Assembly (NCBI GenBank): GCA_016200225.1
Contig: JACQFD010000033.1
Location: 100,175-164,174 of the forward strand
Reading direction: 5' to 3'
Source of the DNA: Planctomycetota bacterium
Lineage (GTDB): Bacteria > Planctomycetota > UBA1135 > JACQFD01
DNA: 64,000 nt
In this document: one piece after another, positions 9,750 through 19,546 of the stretch
Numbering within the stretch: position 1 is the stretch's first letter
Layout of the letters: each line of letters begins with the position of its first letter
Notes under the pieces: generated by a model
Seen by the model: only the letters and a program-made list of their open reading frames with translations
Database searches by the model: none
Told to the model about the DNA's origin: nothing
Made by a program: the position numbers and the translations under genes

Positions 9750-10628
9750 TTATTCATAAAAAACGGTCCGCCTCAACGCGTCGACGGTCGACGCAGTCAG
9801 TCGCGGGTAAAATTGTAATATCAAATTTTGAATGCGCCCTTCGGCGAAGCGGCGGCTATCGAGCGATGGAGCGGTCGCGCGCGCGGCCTCCACATTCTTA
9901 TGAAATGCAACGCCGTCGCCCGTCTGGATCGCAAGCGCCGCGCGATTTAACCAAATACAATTAGTAAGTTCTCCGTCATACGCGGCGGCGTCGACGTCGA
10001 GAAGATCGCGCGCTTCATGATACTTACTTTCGTCCAGCGCCAGCGCCGCGAGATTGGAACGGCACATTGCCGCGAGTCGATGCGGCGACGGCGCGGCCGC
10101 GCAATGTACTAATATTTGCCGCCAGATCGAGCGCGCTCGCCCGCGCCTCCCGGATGCGTATTGCGCGACGGCGACGTTCTCGAATCCGAACCCGGGCGAA
10201 CCCTCGGCCGCGGCGGCGACGCGGAAACACTCCATTGCCATCGCGAAAGCATCCATTCCTGATTCCACGCGCCGGTCGGCAAGGGCGCCGAGCCGCCGGG
10301 CCTGTTCGCTTTTATATACAATTGCCGCGGCGCGCGCCGAGGCTTCCGCAATGGTTATGTCCGGCGCCTCGCGCTCGCATCGCAGCCAGCCGGGCGCGCC
10401 GTTTTTTGTTAGAAATGCGCGGCCGAGATCGATCGCTTTCGACGCGAGCACGTGCGCGCGCGCGACGCCAAGGTATCGGCGAAACGCGCTCTTCGACGGC
10501 CGGTCGAGTTTCACGAGCGCCCTGCGGGCGGCTTCGAGCACTTCCATCGTCGCAGCGTCGGCGTTATTTGTCATATAACCGAAAACGGCACCGCCGCGCG
10601 GCTGTTGTTTTGTAATATGTTCTTTCAT
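9750..10628 (-). CDS. hypothetical helical (TPR-like) protein
   Basis: ORF 9750..10733. The internal ATG at 10628 lies 11 nt downstream of the upstream gene's stop (10640), so I prefer it. Ala/Arg-rich helical sequence with no recognised family. Confidence 0.45.
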   Translation of the reverse strand: MKEHITKQQPRGGAVFGYMTNNADAATMEVLEAARRALVKLDRPSKSAFRRYLGVARAHVLASKAIDLGRAFLTKNGAPGWLRCEREAPDITIAEASARAAAIVYKSEQARRLGALADRRVESGMDAFAMAMECFRVAAAAEGSPGFGFENVAVAQYASGRRGRARSIWRQILVHCAAAPSPHRLAAMCRSNLAALALDESKYHEARDLLDVDAAAYDGELTNCIWLNRAALAIQTGDGVAFHKNVEAARATAPSLDSRRFAEGRIQNLILQFYPRLTASTVDALRRTVFYE

Positions 10629-10639
10629 CGTGTGTGTCT

Positions 10640-11341
10640 CTAATTTTGTGAATTCCCGCGGGACGGACGGCGCCGCGCGGATTTTTTTGTTTTTGTTTCC
10701 ATTTCGCGCATCGACTTCCACTTTTCGAACCATTCATCCGCGCGCGACCGTGCCGCGCGCGCGACGCGTGCGAGTACCGCGCGGACTTCCGCAAGCGCGA
10801 CGCCCGTTGCGGCGGCGATGGTCTCCGGCGAACGCGAGCGGCGAATATAATGAAAAACGATCCTGCGCTCGGCGCGCGACAGTTGTAATGTTACTTCCAC
10901 CATTCCCGCGACGCGCGCCTGCTGGCGGGCGGAGAGCCCCCGCTCCTCGAGCACCCAGCGGTCCACGTAGGCGTGCTGCAATCTAAATAATTCAAATGTA
11001 ATATCGATTTGCTCGAGAAATAATTTATAAAACCGCGTCGTCGGCCGGCGCACGCCCTCCAGAATCGTGAATTCGACGGCCTGCCCGGCGATTAAATACT
11101 CCCCAAACGGCAGCCCCTCTTCGTACATGCGACGCAGCGTGACTTCGAGCAGACCGGGCTGCATTTGTTTACAAACGGAAAGCACCACGTCGGGGTTGCC
11201 GTCGTGCGACGCGAGCCAGACAAGGCGGCGCCCAAGTTCGTCGATTTTCGCGACAACCGCCGGCGGATCGGCATCGACCGCCGGGCGCGCGGGAGTCCTT
11301 CGAGGCTCCTGTTCATTATTTATAAGTTCAAGATCGGCCAT
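10640..11341 (-). CDS. divergent sigma-70 region-4-like HTH protein (possible atypical ECF-type sigma factor)
   Basis: The C-terminal 'LSRAERRIVFHYIRRSRSPETIAAATGVALAEVRAVLARVARA' looks like a sigma region 4 / LuxR-type HTH. I recognise no clear region 2. Start chosen at ATG 11341 ('MADLELINN'); the ORF extends to 11449. Confidence 0.4.
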   Translation of the reverse strand: MADLELINNEQEPRRTPARPAVDADPPAVVAKIDELGRRLVWLASHDGNPDVVLSVCKQMQPGLLEVTLRRMYEEGLPFGEYLIAGQAVEFTILEGVRRPTTRFYKLFLEQIDITFELFRLQHAYVDRWVLEERGLSARQQARVAGMVEVTLQLSRAERRIVFHYIRRSRSPETIAAATGVALAEVRAVLARVARAARSRADEWFEKWKSMREMETKTKKSARRRPSRGNSQN

Positions 11342-11533
11342 GATTTCGAATGATGGGCACCGCCTTCGAACGGCAGCGCGCACACGCGGTGACAAGCTGA
11401 ATAATCCAATTGGGAACGACATATTCCCCGCGTCCCCCGACGGCGTCAAGGTGTCCGGAGAATACTTCTTTTCACCGCCTTGCGCACGCGCGCGACCCTC
11501 CGATCGGGTGCGACAAAACTGTCACATCGACGG

Positions 11534-12007
11534 TTATTTCAATACAACGGACGGATCCAGCAGGTCCATGATGAAGATTCCTTTTTGTAGATTTACGGAG
11601 GAGGCATCGCCGTCAATCGGCGGATTCTTTTCAAAAATCCCGCGGCGCGCGTCGACGGCCCCCGAGCGGATCGTTCGATGATAACGAAGTCCGGATCGAA
11701 CGCTGCCGTCGCCGAGGCTGCGTTCGGTCAGCGTCACAGTGATTTCCTGCCCACCGAACGTCCGATCGACTTGAACGCCGGCATCCTCCACGGAGGGTTG
11801 GACGCGCGCGAACGCCAAATCGTCGCGGAGTATTTGTAAGATTGCGTGTTTATAATATATCTTTTCCGAACGGTCGGCAATCGGGCCTTTTCCATGAATC
11901 GCCCCGTCGTCCGGTTCCGGCAGAATCGCCGATTCGACACGCGGGGCCGCGCACGCGCCCGAAAAAGATAATGTAATTATCAAAAACTGCGGCGACAGGC
12001 GCTTCAT
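11534..12007 (-). CDS. putative lipoprotein / secreted protein
   Basis: N-terminus 'MKRLSPQFLIITLSFSGAC' is a signal peptide with a Cys in a lipobox-like position. It starts 12 nt downstream of the stop of the upstream gene. Confidence 0.5.
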   Translation of the reverse strand: MKRLSPQFLIITLSFSGACAAPRVESAILPEPDDGAIHGKGPIADRSEKIYYKHAILQILRDDLAFARVQPSVEDAGVQVDRTFGGQEITVTLTERSLGDGSVRSGLRYHRTIRSGAVDARRGIFEKNPPIDGDASSVNLQKGIFIMDLLDPSVVLK

Positions 12008-12018
12008 ATCGATTTTAT

Positions 12019-13110
12019 TTAATAATTTTGTGTTTCCGGCTCGTCCGCCGCTTGCGGAAATGCGAACGTTTCGAGGACGGGACGTCCGATGTTAAATTTT
12101 CCAAGCCACGGCGTCAGCTCTTCGAGCAACACGGGAACGACGGGAAAATCCCCGCGCACGAGCAAACGCTGCGGTTCGTGGCCGCCGACCTGTCGAAGAG
12201 CGACGTCGAGTTCCAAGTGTAGTATCGCATCGCCCGCGCCGCGCGTCGAAAATGCAACATTTCCGGAGACGCGTTCGGCGACGCGGCCGACCGAGAGGTC
12301 CGGACTCAACTCCGTGATCGCGACCGAAACGCCTTTCGCGGGCAGCGCGATCCGCCCCGGCTTGTTGTCGGGAAGTCCGACCGAGATTCGAATCGATCCG
12401 CCGTTCGCGTCGGCGAAGCGAACGCTTGCTACAATTCCATTCCCCGCTTCGAACCGATGGCCGCGCATGAATCGGCGCGGGCGATCGCCGGCGCCGGCGA
12501 TCGAGAGTCCGTTCCCGCTGAGTAGCGCTTCGGAGGCAACGCGGGCGTCGCGAACATAATAAGCATCGAAGCGCGAGCCGTCGTCGCCGATCGGAAAAAC
12601 GCTTCCGATTCTTTCTGTAGTCATCGGTCTCGACGCCGCGCCCGAATCGGCGCGTTTGCCGCGTTCGAGATAAACGAACCATCGTAACAGTTCGGATCGT
12701 TGCATTTCCGCGCGTCCGAGCGCGAGCGCGGAGCGGCGGTCGAGATTCATTATATTTAACGATCCCGCCTCGGCGCGTTCGCCGTTCACGTCGATCGTCC
12801 AGCCGCGTTCGGCGGTCGGCTGCGCGGGTTGTCCGATCGGAAGCTCCGCGTCAATTGTTATGAGACCCCGGCTGTTTCCCGGCGCGCGAAACGGAAACGC
12901 CGCGCGAAACACCTGCCCGTCGGCCCCGCCGCTCGCAGCTCGCGACGGGCGCGACGTCAGCGAAATCGCATCGCCCGACGAGAGCGATTCGCGCGACGCG
13001 GGCGCCGATTCGCTTTGGGCAGCAGCGCCTGTCGAATCGCCGGAACCGATACAACAAAAGGCCGCGGTCGCGAGCGCAATTGATAAGAAGGGCTTTTGCA
13101 GAACGTCCAT
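12019..13110 (-). CDS. hypothetical secreted protein
   Basis: The internal ATG at 13110 gives 'MDVLQKPFLSIALATAAFCCIGSG', which is signal-like. No family recognised. Confidence 0.5.
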   Translation of the reverse strand: MDVLQKPFLSIALATAAFCCIGSGDSTGAAAQSESAPASRESLSSGDAISLTSRPSRAASGGADGQVFRAAFPFRAPGNSRGLITIDAELPIGQPAQPTAERGWTIDVNGERAEAGSLNIMNLDRRSALALGRAEMQRSELLRWFVYLERGKRADSGAASRPMTTERIGSVFPIGDDGSRFDAYYVRDARVASEALLSGNGLSIAGAGDRPRRFMRGHRFEAGNGIVASVRFADANGGSIRISVGLPDNKPGRIALPAKGVSVAITELSPDLSVGRVAERVSGNVAFSTRGAGDAILHLELDVALRQVGGHEPQRLLVRGDFPVVPVLLEELTPWLGKFNIGRPVLETFAFPQAADEPETQNY

Positions 13111-13141
13111 TTCGCTTTGGGGGTTATATTTTGCGAACACC

Positions 13142-13900
13142 GTGCACCAGGGACTCCGCGTCACCATCGTCGTCCCCGCCTACAACGAAGCCGCAACGAT
13201 TGCGGCCGTCGTAGACGATTTTCGAGCGCACCCGTCGGTCGACGAAGTGCTCGTAATCGATAATCGGTCAAAAGACACCACCGGCTCCATTGCCCGCGAA
13301 CGCGGCGCCCGCGTCGTCCATGAAGAACAGCCCGGATACGGATTTGCCTGTCGTCGTGGTTTCGACGAAGCGCAGGGAGAAATCGTGGTGCTCACCGAGG
13401 CCGACGGATCGTTCCGCGCGTTCGATTTGGATAAATTTCTGGCATATATCAATTCGGCGCCGTTCGTGCTCGGAACGCGCACGACGCGGCAGATGGTCCA
13501 GCAGGGCGCGAACATGGGTTTTCTCGTCCGCTGGTGCAACGTCGCGATGGCTAAGATTCTCGAATTGTTATGGTTCTATCCGCACGAACCGCGGCTCACG
13601 GACGTCGGCTGTTCGTACCGCGCGATTCGTAAAGATGCGTGGATGCGCATTCGCGGCGGTTGTTCGCATCCGGGGCCCGCGTTTTCGCCGGAAATGATTT
13701 GCGAAGGCTACCGCCACGGACTTCGCGTCGTCGAAATTCCGGTTCATTATTATGCGCGCCTCGGCGGCGAATCGAAACATTCGGATTCGTTCATGAAACT
13801 CGCGAAAACGGCGGCGAAAATGTTTCAAATAATCATACGCAAACGGCTCGAAACCGCTCCGCGCCCCGCCGTCGCGAACGCGCCCGCGACGCAGAATTAA
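13142..13900 (+). CDS. family 2 glycosyltransferase, polyprenyl-phosphate sugar synthase type (DPM1/ArnC/GtrB-like)
   Basis: 'VTIVVPAYNEAATIAAVVDDF', 'VLVIDNRSKDTTGSIA' and 'LTEADGS' are the GT2 DxD-type signature. An in-frame GTG at 13142 avoids overlap with the divergent gene that starts at 13110. The track ORF begins at 12860. Confidence 0.78.
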   Translation: MHQGLRVTIVVPAYNEAATIAAVVDDFRAHPSVDEVLVIDNRSKDTTGSIARERGARVVHEEQPGYGFACRRGFDEAQGEIVVLTEADGSFRAFDLDKFLAYINSAPFVLGTRTTRQMVQQGANMGFLVRWCNVAMAKILELLWFYPHEPRLTDVGCSYRAIRKDAWMRIRGGCSHPGPAFSPEMICEGYRHGLRVVEIPVHYYARLGGESKHSDSFMKLAKTAAKMFQIIIRKRLETAPRPAVANAPATQN

Positions 13901-13914
13901 AGTAATTTTTACAA

Positions 13915-15753
13915 TTACTGATTATAATTGATCTGAAAGACGCGGAACCAGCGCGGCCATTCGTATTTTTCCGAGTCGGTCCCGGAGACTTTCATGATCT
14001 GGTTCCGTTCCTCGATCGTGTCGAGCGTGAATATGTTTTGATAACGTTCCGGGGGAATGCCGTGGAATTCCAGCCAGGTTCCGAAGGCCGGGTCCCTTTC
14101 GTCCTTCGACTCCGATAACGCCCGCGGCTGGCGCGTTATGATATATTTAATTTTCTTGTCCTTGAAAAAATCGTAGGTCGGCCGCGGCGCGCGGATCGGC
14201 TGGCCGTCCGGGCCGACGGGCACCGTTTCTCTTTTCTTATATTCCGCGTCGCCCCAGAAATTAACGAACGGATAACCGAGAATCACAGGTCGCGGGCGCA
14301 GGCCGTAGGCGAGCTGCGGCCACGGACCCTCCAGCGCGACGCCGTCTTCGCGCTTGGAATTTGGATTATTAGGATCGCTTTGGAATCTTCGCGAAAGGCG
14401 GCGCGCCGCGAGAACGCATACATCTCCGCCCTCCACGGGATACCATTGCAAATCCATTTCGTGTTGCAGGCGTTGCGTTTCCAATTCGTCGCGATACGTG
14501 TGCGTCGCATTTTCGGGAACGCGTTCCAGTTTATGATAATGTAAATAACTCTCCGTCGAGCGCCCGACCCAGAATAATACAAGCGTCAAACCGACGATCG
14601 ACCAGACGCGCCCTTGCTTTAGCATCCATTCCGCGCCGAGCGCGAGCGCCGCGAACGCGATCGGCAATCCGGTGATTAAAAATCGATCGTACGGATAATA
14701 CCAAAAGGATCTGAATACAATAAAACCGACGAACGCGATGGCGAATCGCTGCGCCTGTTTTCCGACGAGATCGAGCGCGGCCGCGAGGATGCCAAATCCG
14801 AAGAATATGATCCATACCGCGCGGATGGCCATGCTCTCGGGTCGCGCTTGAATGAACGGCACGCGGCCCCAGTTATAAGTAATATGCATCCACGAACGCG
14901 CAAAATTATCAATAACGCCGCCGCGCGATTGATCGTCGTTCGCGACGTCGCGCCACGAGAACATTTCGAAGAATTCGTTAACATAATGGAGCCGCGACTG
15001 GCCCGCGACGGTCGACGGCGGCAGCGAACTCACCCAATACGCGAATGGCGCGATGCCCATGAACATTCCCGCGCCCGCGGCGATCAGCCAGCCCGGTTTT
15101 TTATAAAAAGCCGCGAGGCCGAGGAGCCCGATGCAGGCCGCCGGATAACTCGCTTCCGCGCGGCAGAGAATCGCCATGCCGCCGAGAAGACAGGATATTA
15201 AGAATCGAGGATACGCGATCTTTATATCGTCGTCGCGTACCGGCAGCGCGATGGCGGCGAGACATAAATAAAAAAGCGCGCCCCCCTCCGCCATCGGCAT
15301 CGACATCCAGCGGATCGGAACGGGGTGCGAGACAAACATCGCTGTGGCGGCGCACGCCGCGAAAAAACTGAGGCCGATGCGACGCAGCGCAAAACCCAAC
15401 AAGATGGAATCTAATAATACAAACAAAACGCTCGCGGAGCGCCAGACGCGGTCGGGCTGGCTTCCAAGCGAAAGCCAATGTAACAAAAGCGGATAGCCGG
15501 GAAAGAATTTACGATCGACGCCCTCGAGGCCCCAGTTGATACGAGTGTCTTTCAGCGAAAGGCCGTCGTTCAACGCCGCCGCGCGAGCGAAATAATAATA
15601 ACTATCGACGGTGCCCGTGCGCGTCGAGAGCACGAGGCGCGCCACCGTCAGTGTCGCGACCACCGTGCAAGCGACGGCGACAAGGAACATGATCTGGTCG
15701 GCGACGGTTTTTTTGTTTGTATACAAATTTGCGTTCGTGTTGGCAGTCTCCAT
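13915..15753 (-). CDS. GT-C fold membrane glycosyltransferase (ArnT/PMT family 39-like) with C-terminal soluble domain
   Basis: About 11 predicted TM helices. The N-terminal loop 'VDSYYYFARAAAL...FFPGYPLLLHWL' resembles ArnT/PMT_2 proteins. A ~200-aa hydrophilic C-terminus follows. Confidence 0.5.
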   Translation of the reverse strand: METANTNANLYTNKKTVADQIMFLVAVACTVVATLTVARLVLSTRTGTVDSYYYFARAAALNDGLSLKDTRINWGLEGVDRKFFPGYPLLLHWLSLGSQPDRVWRSASVLFVLLDSILLGFALRRIGLSFFAACAATAMFVSHPVPIRWMSMPMAEGGALFYLCLAAIALPVRDDDIKIAYPRFLISCLLGGMAILCRAEASYPAACIGLLGLAAFYKKPGWLIAAGAGMFMGIAPFAYWVSSLPPSTVAGQSRLHYVNEFFEMFSWRDVANDDQSRGGVIDNFARSWMHITYNWGRVPFIQARPESMAIRAVWIIFFGFGILAAALDLVGKQAQRFAIAFVGFIVFRSFWYYPYDRFLITGLPIAFAALALGAEWMLKQGRVWSIVGLTLVLFWVGRSTESYLHYHKLERVPENATHTYRDELETQRLQHEMDLQWYPVEGGDVCVLAARRLSRRFQSDPNNPNSKREDGVALEGPWPQLAYGLRPRPVILGYPFVNFWGDAEYKKRETVPVGPDGQPIRAPRPTYDFFKDKKIKYIITRQPRALSESKDERDPAFGTWLEFHGIPPERYQNIFTLDTIEERNQIMKVSGTDSEKYEWPRWFRVFQINYNQ

Positions 15754-15754
15754 C

Positions 15755-18700
15755 TTAGAATCCCATCGGCTCGAGGCCGGTGACGCGAGCTGTCATGCTG
15801 TAGGCAACTTTCCGCACGGCTTTAATAGTATCCGACAGCCTCGTTCGGTCCGCATTGCTGATCAAGTGCGCAGTCTCCATCGCCGCATTGCCGACTCCAA
15901 GCACCATCCAATACGCGGCGGGCGACGTGTGGTGTTGTTTATCGATAACGTTGAGCAAACTTTGAAATATAATAAACACTTTGTCGCCGCAACTCTGGCC
16001 GATGTCGTGTCCGAGGGCCAGAATTTTCTCGCGATCGAGTTCGGCCCAGTCCATTTCGCCGGATGCGTCGCAGGCGAATGCGAAATAGTTATTTAACAAA
16101 TCGAGATATCCGGCGTTCTGCGATTGTCGATAACCGCGAATCGCCGAAACGCACGCGTTCATTTCGATTCGAATGCGATCGACGCTGCCGTCTTCGTAAC
16201 GCGCCGCCAAAGTAAACAATTCCGCGGATTTGCGATATTGTCCATTCGTCTGCTCGGAGAATGCGATTCGCGAAAGGTTATCGCGCAACTGCGAACGTAA
16301 AGAAAGCACGTCCATCGGCGAATCTACAAATTTCTGCGACTCCGCGATGGCCTCCTTCTGCCGCGACATGCCCTCGAGCGCGCGCGAACGCAGGCCCGAC
16401 ATAAATGGATAGCCTCCGCCGCCGTTCGCGATCGCGCGATCGATGTCGACGAGCGCATCTTCATATTTGCCGGCGGCGAGTTTTGCCTGACCCAACGCGC
16501 TCGGGAGATTCATACGTTTCGCAGGCGCGTGTTTTTCGATTTCTTGGTATAACGAAATCGCCAGATCGGCGCGAGAAATATTAATATAACATTCCGCGAG
16601 GCGGGCGAGCGGACCCCAGACCGTGTCGAAATCGCTCGCGAGTTTCGGCGTCAGTTTGTCGACGCCCGCGCGGATCGCCGCGAGCACGGAAATCTTATTG
16701 GGTCCTCCCAGCACGTAGTGAACATCCCGATGGCCCTCGGCGTCGGTCGCGAGTTTGAATCCAAATGTATACAAAGGCATCGACGGCGACATTTGTAATG
16801 CCATCGTCATCGCGTCGATCGCCTCATCGGGTTTGTTGAGCGCCGCAAAGCAGCGCGCGATGCCAAGATTCGCCCTCGCCCGCTCGTCGGGATTGCCGAG
16901 CCGCGATGCGCGATGATAGAGATCCAGCGCGCGATTGTAGTGTTTATCGTAGTCGCCAAGTATGTTATTTGTATAAAACGCGGCCGCATTTTGTAATACG
17001 TCAGAATTGAACGGAGCGTCGTCGACGGCCCGCTCGACGTTTTGTATTGAAAATTGAAGATTGCGCTCGCGATCCTCCGCTTTGGGCGCTTCGCGCGAGA
17101 GCGCGACGGTGGCATACGTGATTCGAATATCCGAGCGCGAAGGTGCGAGTTTTAGTAATATCTCCAGCCTTCCGAGCTGCCCGCCCGCGTCGCGGAACGT
17201 GTCGTATTTTGCGAATGCGTTGTTCCAGAAATGAATCCATTTGATGGATTGTTCGATCTCGCTCACGACGAGCGGTACGGCGGCTCCGATCAACAGAACG
17301 ACGGTCGTTCCGATACTTAATATTAGATAAGTAAATTTACGAATCCCGCCGGAGGCGCCGACGGTTCCCGATGCTCCGACGGCATCGTCGCGCGGCGATC
17401 CGATCGCAATCCACGCGAGCGCAAACCACAGTGCGTCGGGGAGAATTGCAAATTCCGCGAATCCGTGATCGACGAAACCATCGGCGAGCACGGCCCAAAG
17501 CACGCCGAATCCCGTGGCCACGAGCATGGGGTCGCCCGACGCGTCGTTTGCGGCGAGCGTCTTTCTTACAAGAAAGCCGGCGGATCCTAATATTACCAAA
17601 AGCGACAACAACCCGGGAATTCCAATCGTCTCCGCGATTTCCATTAATATATTATGCGGATGATTCGACCAGTCGATGTTGGCTTCGACGGTTTCTCTAT
17701 TATAAATCGCGTGCGCTTCGACGTTCTTGGGGCCGAGGCCCGTGATCGGATGCTCCAATACGGCCTGGCGCGCCGCGAGCCAGAATTCGACGCGCGTCGC
17801 AACGTTAATTTTCCCCGACTCGCCGCCGCCTTTGAGTCTCGGCGCGAAACTCGGCAGAACCACGGCGGCGATTATCAGTAAACTCGGGATGACGACCAAT
17901 CCGCCGCCGACGACGGTCGAAAACGCGCGCGATCTCCATTTCGCGGCAAGGGCGCAAATGACGATCGCGGCGACTCCCACGAGGCAGCCCGCCGTGGCGC
18001 CGCCGGATTTATGTAAATATAATGATAAAAAGCAGGCGGCCGCGCCGACCAGCGCGGCACCGCGACCGGCGAGCGTGCGCGCGCAGAGCACGGCGCCGAC
18101 GCAGACCGCCGTTCCAGCCATCGAGAACGGAGCGGAAAGATTCGGGTGGATTCCAAACGATTCGAGCCGCGTCTGGCGTGCGTTATCGAATCCGACCAGT
18201 GCCGTGAATCGTTGATATATAAATAATTCCGAAAACGCGACGACGGACGCGACCGAGGCCGCCATATATACAAATCTTCGGCCTCCGCCTTCGCGTCGAA
18301 AATAAAGAATAGCGCCGACGAACATCGCAATTTGCAAACCGGTCCGTCCGAACGCTGGCCACGCCGTTTGCGGCATTAACGAAAAGAGGCTTGATAACAA
18401 AACCGCGGCGAGAAACGCGAACGCCGCCTTCGCGAGCGGAGGCCACCGGAAATCGACATTGGCGCGGAATTCCTCGTGCGCCACGGCAGCCATCGCGAGA
18501 CCGATCGGCGCGACTTCGAATCCTTCCGGATACCATCTTAACAATACGCGGGTCGCGGGCGTCGCAAACGCGAGCGCAAGTAACAAAAACGCCTCGACGG
18601 GGCGCACGGGCGCGATCCAACTCACCGCGGCGGAAAGCGCGGCCGTTCCGCCGAGATACCAATAATACAATTCCGGGGGCCGGCCCATTTTGCCGACGGT

Positions 18701-19225
18701 CGAGACGACCGGCAGCCTCCCGCAAAAATAAGTAAAAACGAGCGCCAATGCGGCGACCGAGACCGCCGCGCGGGCGTCGGGAAGCGGCCGTTTTCTTAAT
18801 ATTGCAAAAAACGTCGCCGCCGAAATGCCCGCGAGCGCCGCGAGGCCGAACATCGGTATATTTTGCGATGACGCGCGGTCGATCCGAAGTTCGGTGACCA
18901 CTTGATGAAGCGCGCAAAGAAACACCAGCCCCGCGACGACGGCATCGAGCGGAATGCCGAGCCACGCGGCCGTTCGGCGCGCGGCGTTGCTGAATATTTG
19001 TGTCACCGTTTTGATTGTGTCGGCAATTCGGGGTTGCGGAGTGTGAAATCTACGGAGACAGTGGGCAAGTAGATGACATCGAAAGATCGTGCGCGTGCTG
19101 ATGCAAGCGGCCATCCGCGCACGTTGGAGTGCAAAAATTGAGGACCTTCGTCCGTTCGAGGCGGCTTGACGGACTGGGCGTTGGTTTTGCCACTCCGCGC
19201 ATGAAGTGCGCGGGTCATCTGTCAT
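15755..19225 (-). CDS. very large O-antigen ligase-like (Wzy_C) membrane protein fused to long TPR/helical-repeat domain
   Basis: Wzy_C motif 'WSNHPHNILMEIAETIGIPGLLSLLVILG'. Many TM helices in the N-terminal ~620 aa and TPR-like repeats in the C-terminal ~500 aa. It stops 2 nt before the GT-C gene start. The true start may be internal. Confidence 0.62.
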   Translation of the reverse strand: MTDDPRTSCAEWQNQRPVRQAASNGRRSSIFALQRARMAACISTRTIFRCHLLAHCLRRFHTPQPRIADTIKTVTQIFSNAARRTAAWLGIPLDAVVAGLVFLCALHQVVTELRIDRASSQNIPMFGLAALAGISAATFFAILRKRPLPDARAAVSVAALALVFTYFCGRLPVVSTVGKMGRPPELYYWYLGGTAALSAAVSWIAPVRPVEAFLLLALAFATPATRVLLRWYPEGFEVAPIGLAMAAVAHEEFRANVDFRWPPLAKAAFAFLAAVLLSSLFSLMPQTAWPAFGRTGLQIAMFVGAILYFRREGGGRRFVYMAASVASVVAFSELFIYQRFTALVGFDNARQTRLESFGIHPNLSAPFSMAGTAVCVGAVLCARTLAGRGAALVGAAACFLSLYLHKSGGATAGCLVGVAAIVICALAAKWRSRAFSTVVGGGLVVIPSLLIIAAVVLPSFAPRLKGGGESGKINVATRVEFWLAARQAVLEHPITGLGPKNVEAHAIYNRETVEANIDWSNHPHNILMEIAETIGIPGLLSLLVILGSAGFLVRKTLAANDASGDPMLVATGFGVLWAVLADGFVDHGFAEFAILPDALWFALAWIAIGSPRDDAVGASGTVGASGGIRKFTYLILSIGTTVVLLIGAAVPLVVSEIEQSIKWIHFWNNAFAKYDTFRDAGGQLGRLEILLKLAPSRSDIRITYATVALSREAPKAEDRERNLQFSIQNVERAVDDAPFNSDVLQNAAAFYTNNILGDYDKHYNRALDLYHRASRLGNPDERARANLGIARCFAALNKPDEAIDAMTMALQMSPSMPLYTFGFKLATDAEGHRDVHYVLGGPNKISVLAAIRAGVDKLTPKLASDFDTVWGPLARLAECYINISRADLAISLYQEIEKHAPAKRMNLPSALGQAKLAAGKYEDALVDIDRAIANGGGGYPFMSGLRSRALEGMSRQKEAIAESQKFVDSPMDVLSLRSQLRDNLSRIAFSEQTNGQYRKSAELFTLAARYEDGSVDRIRIEMNACVSAIRGYRQSQNAGYLDLLNNYFAFACDASGEMDWAELDREKILALGHDIGQSCGDKVFIIFQSLLNVIDKQHHTSPAAYWMVLGVGNAAMETAHLISNADRTRLSDTIKAVRKVAYSMTARVTGLEPMGF

Positions 19226-19546
19226 GCGACATTTCCATCCGTAAAACGGCTTCGCTCGTAGACGGTCCGGATTTCAGCGCGCGCGTACGTCGGGAATGCG
19301 AGGAGAGACGACGCCTGGCGAAATGCGCGGCGGAAATCCACCGCGCGGCCCGCACCTTGGAGATTGAACGGTTCCACGGCCTTTATTAAATTTAACGAAA
19401 CACGCGGATTCACCGTCCAAGGCCGGGATTGCCGAAAGGCGAACCGGTCGTCCGCGTCGCAGATTTCACCGTCCAGCCATATGGCCGCATGCGCTCCGGA
19501 AACTAACTTTCGATCCAATTCCTACAATTTTTTTCGATAATTATCC

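Noticed and set aside
19222-19518. A 98-aa minus-strand ORF whose N-terminus ('AIWLDGEICDADD') mimics an aminotransferase class IV start. I considered it as a divergent gene or pseudogene.
   Set aside because: Similarity to IlvE is limited to ~8 residues (18-24 nt). No downstream class IV motifs appear in any frame. I report it instead as an inverted repeat around the ilvE start.
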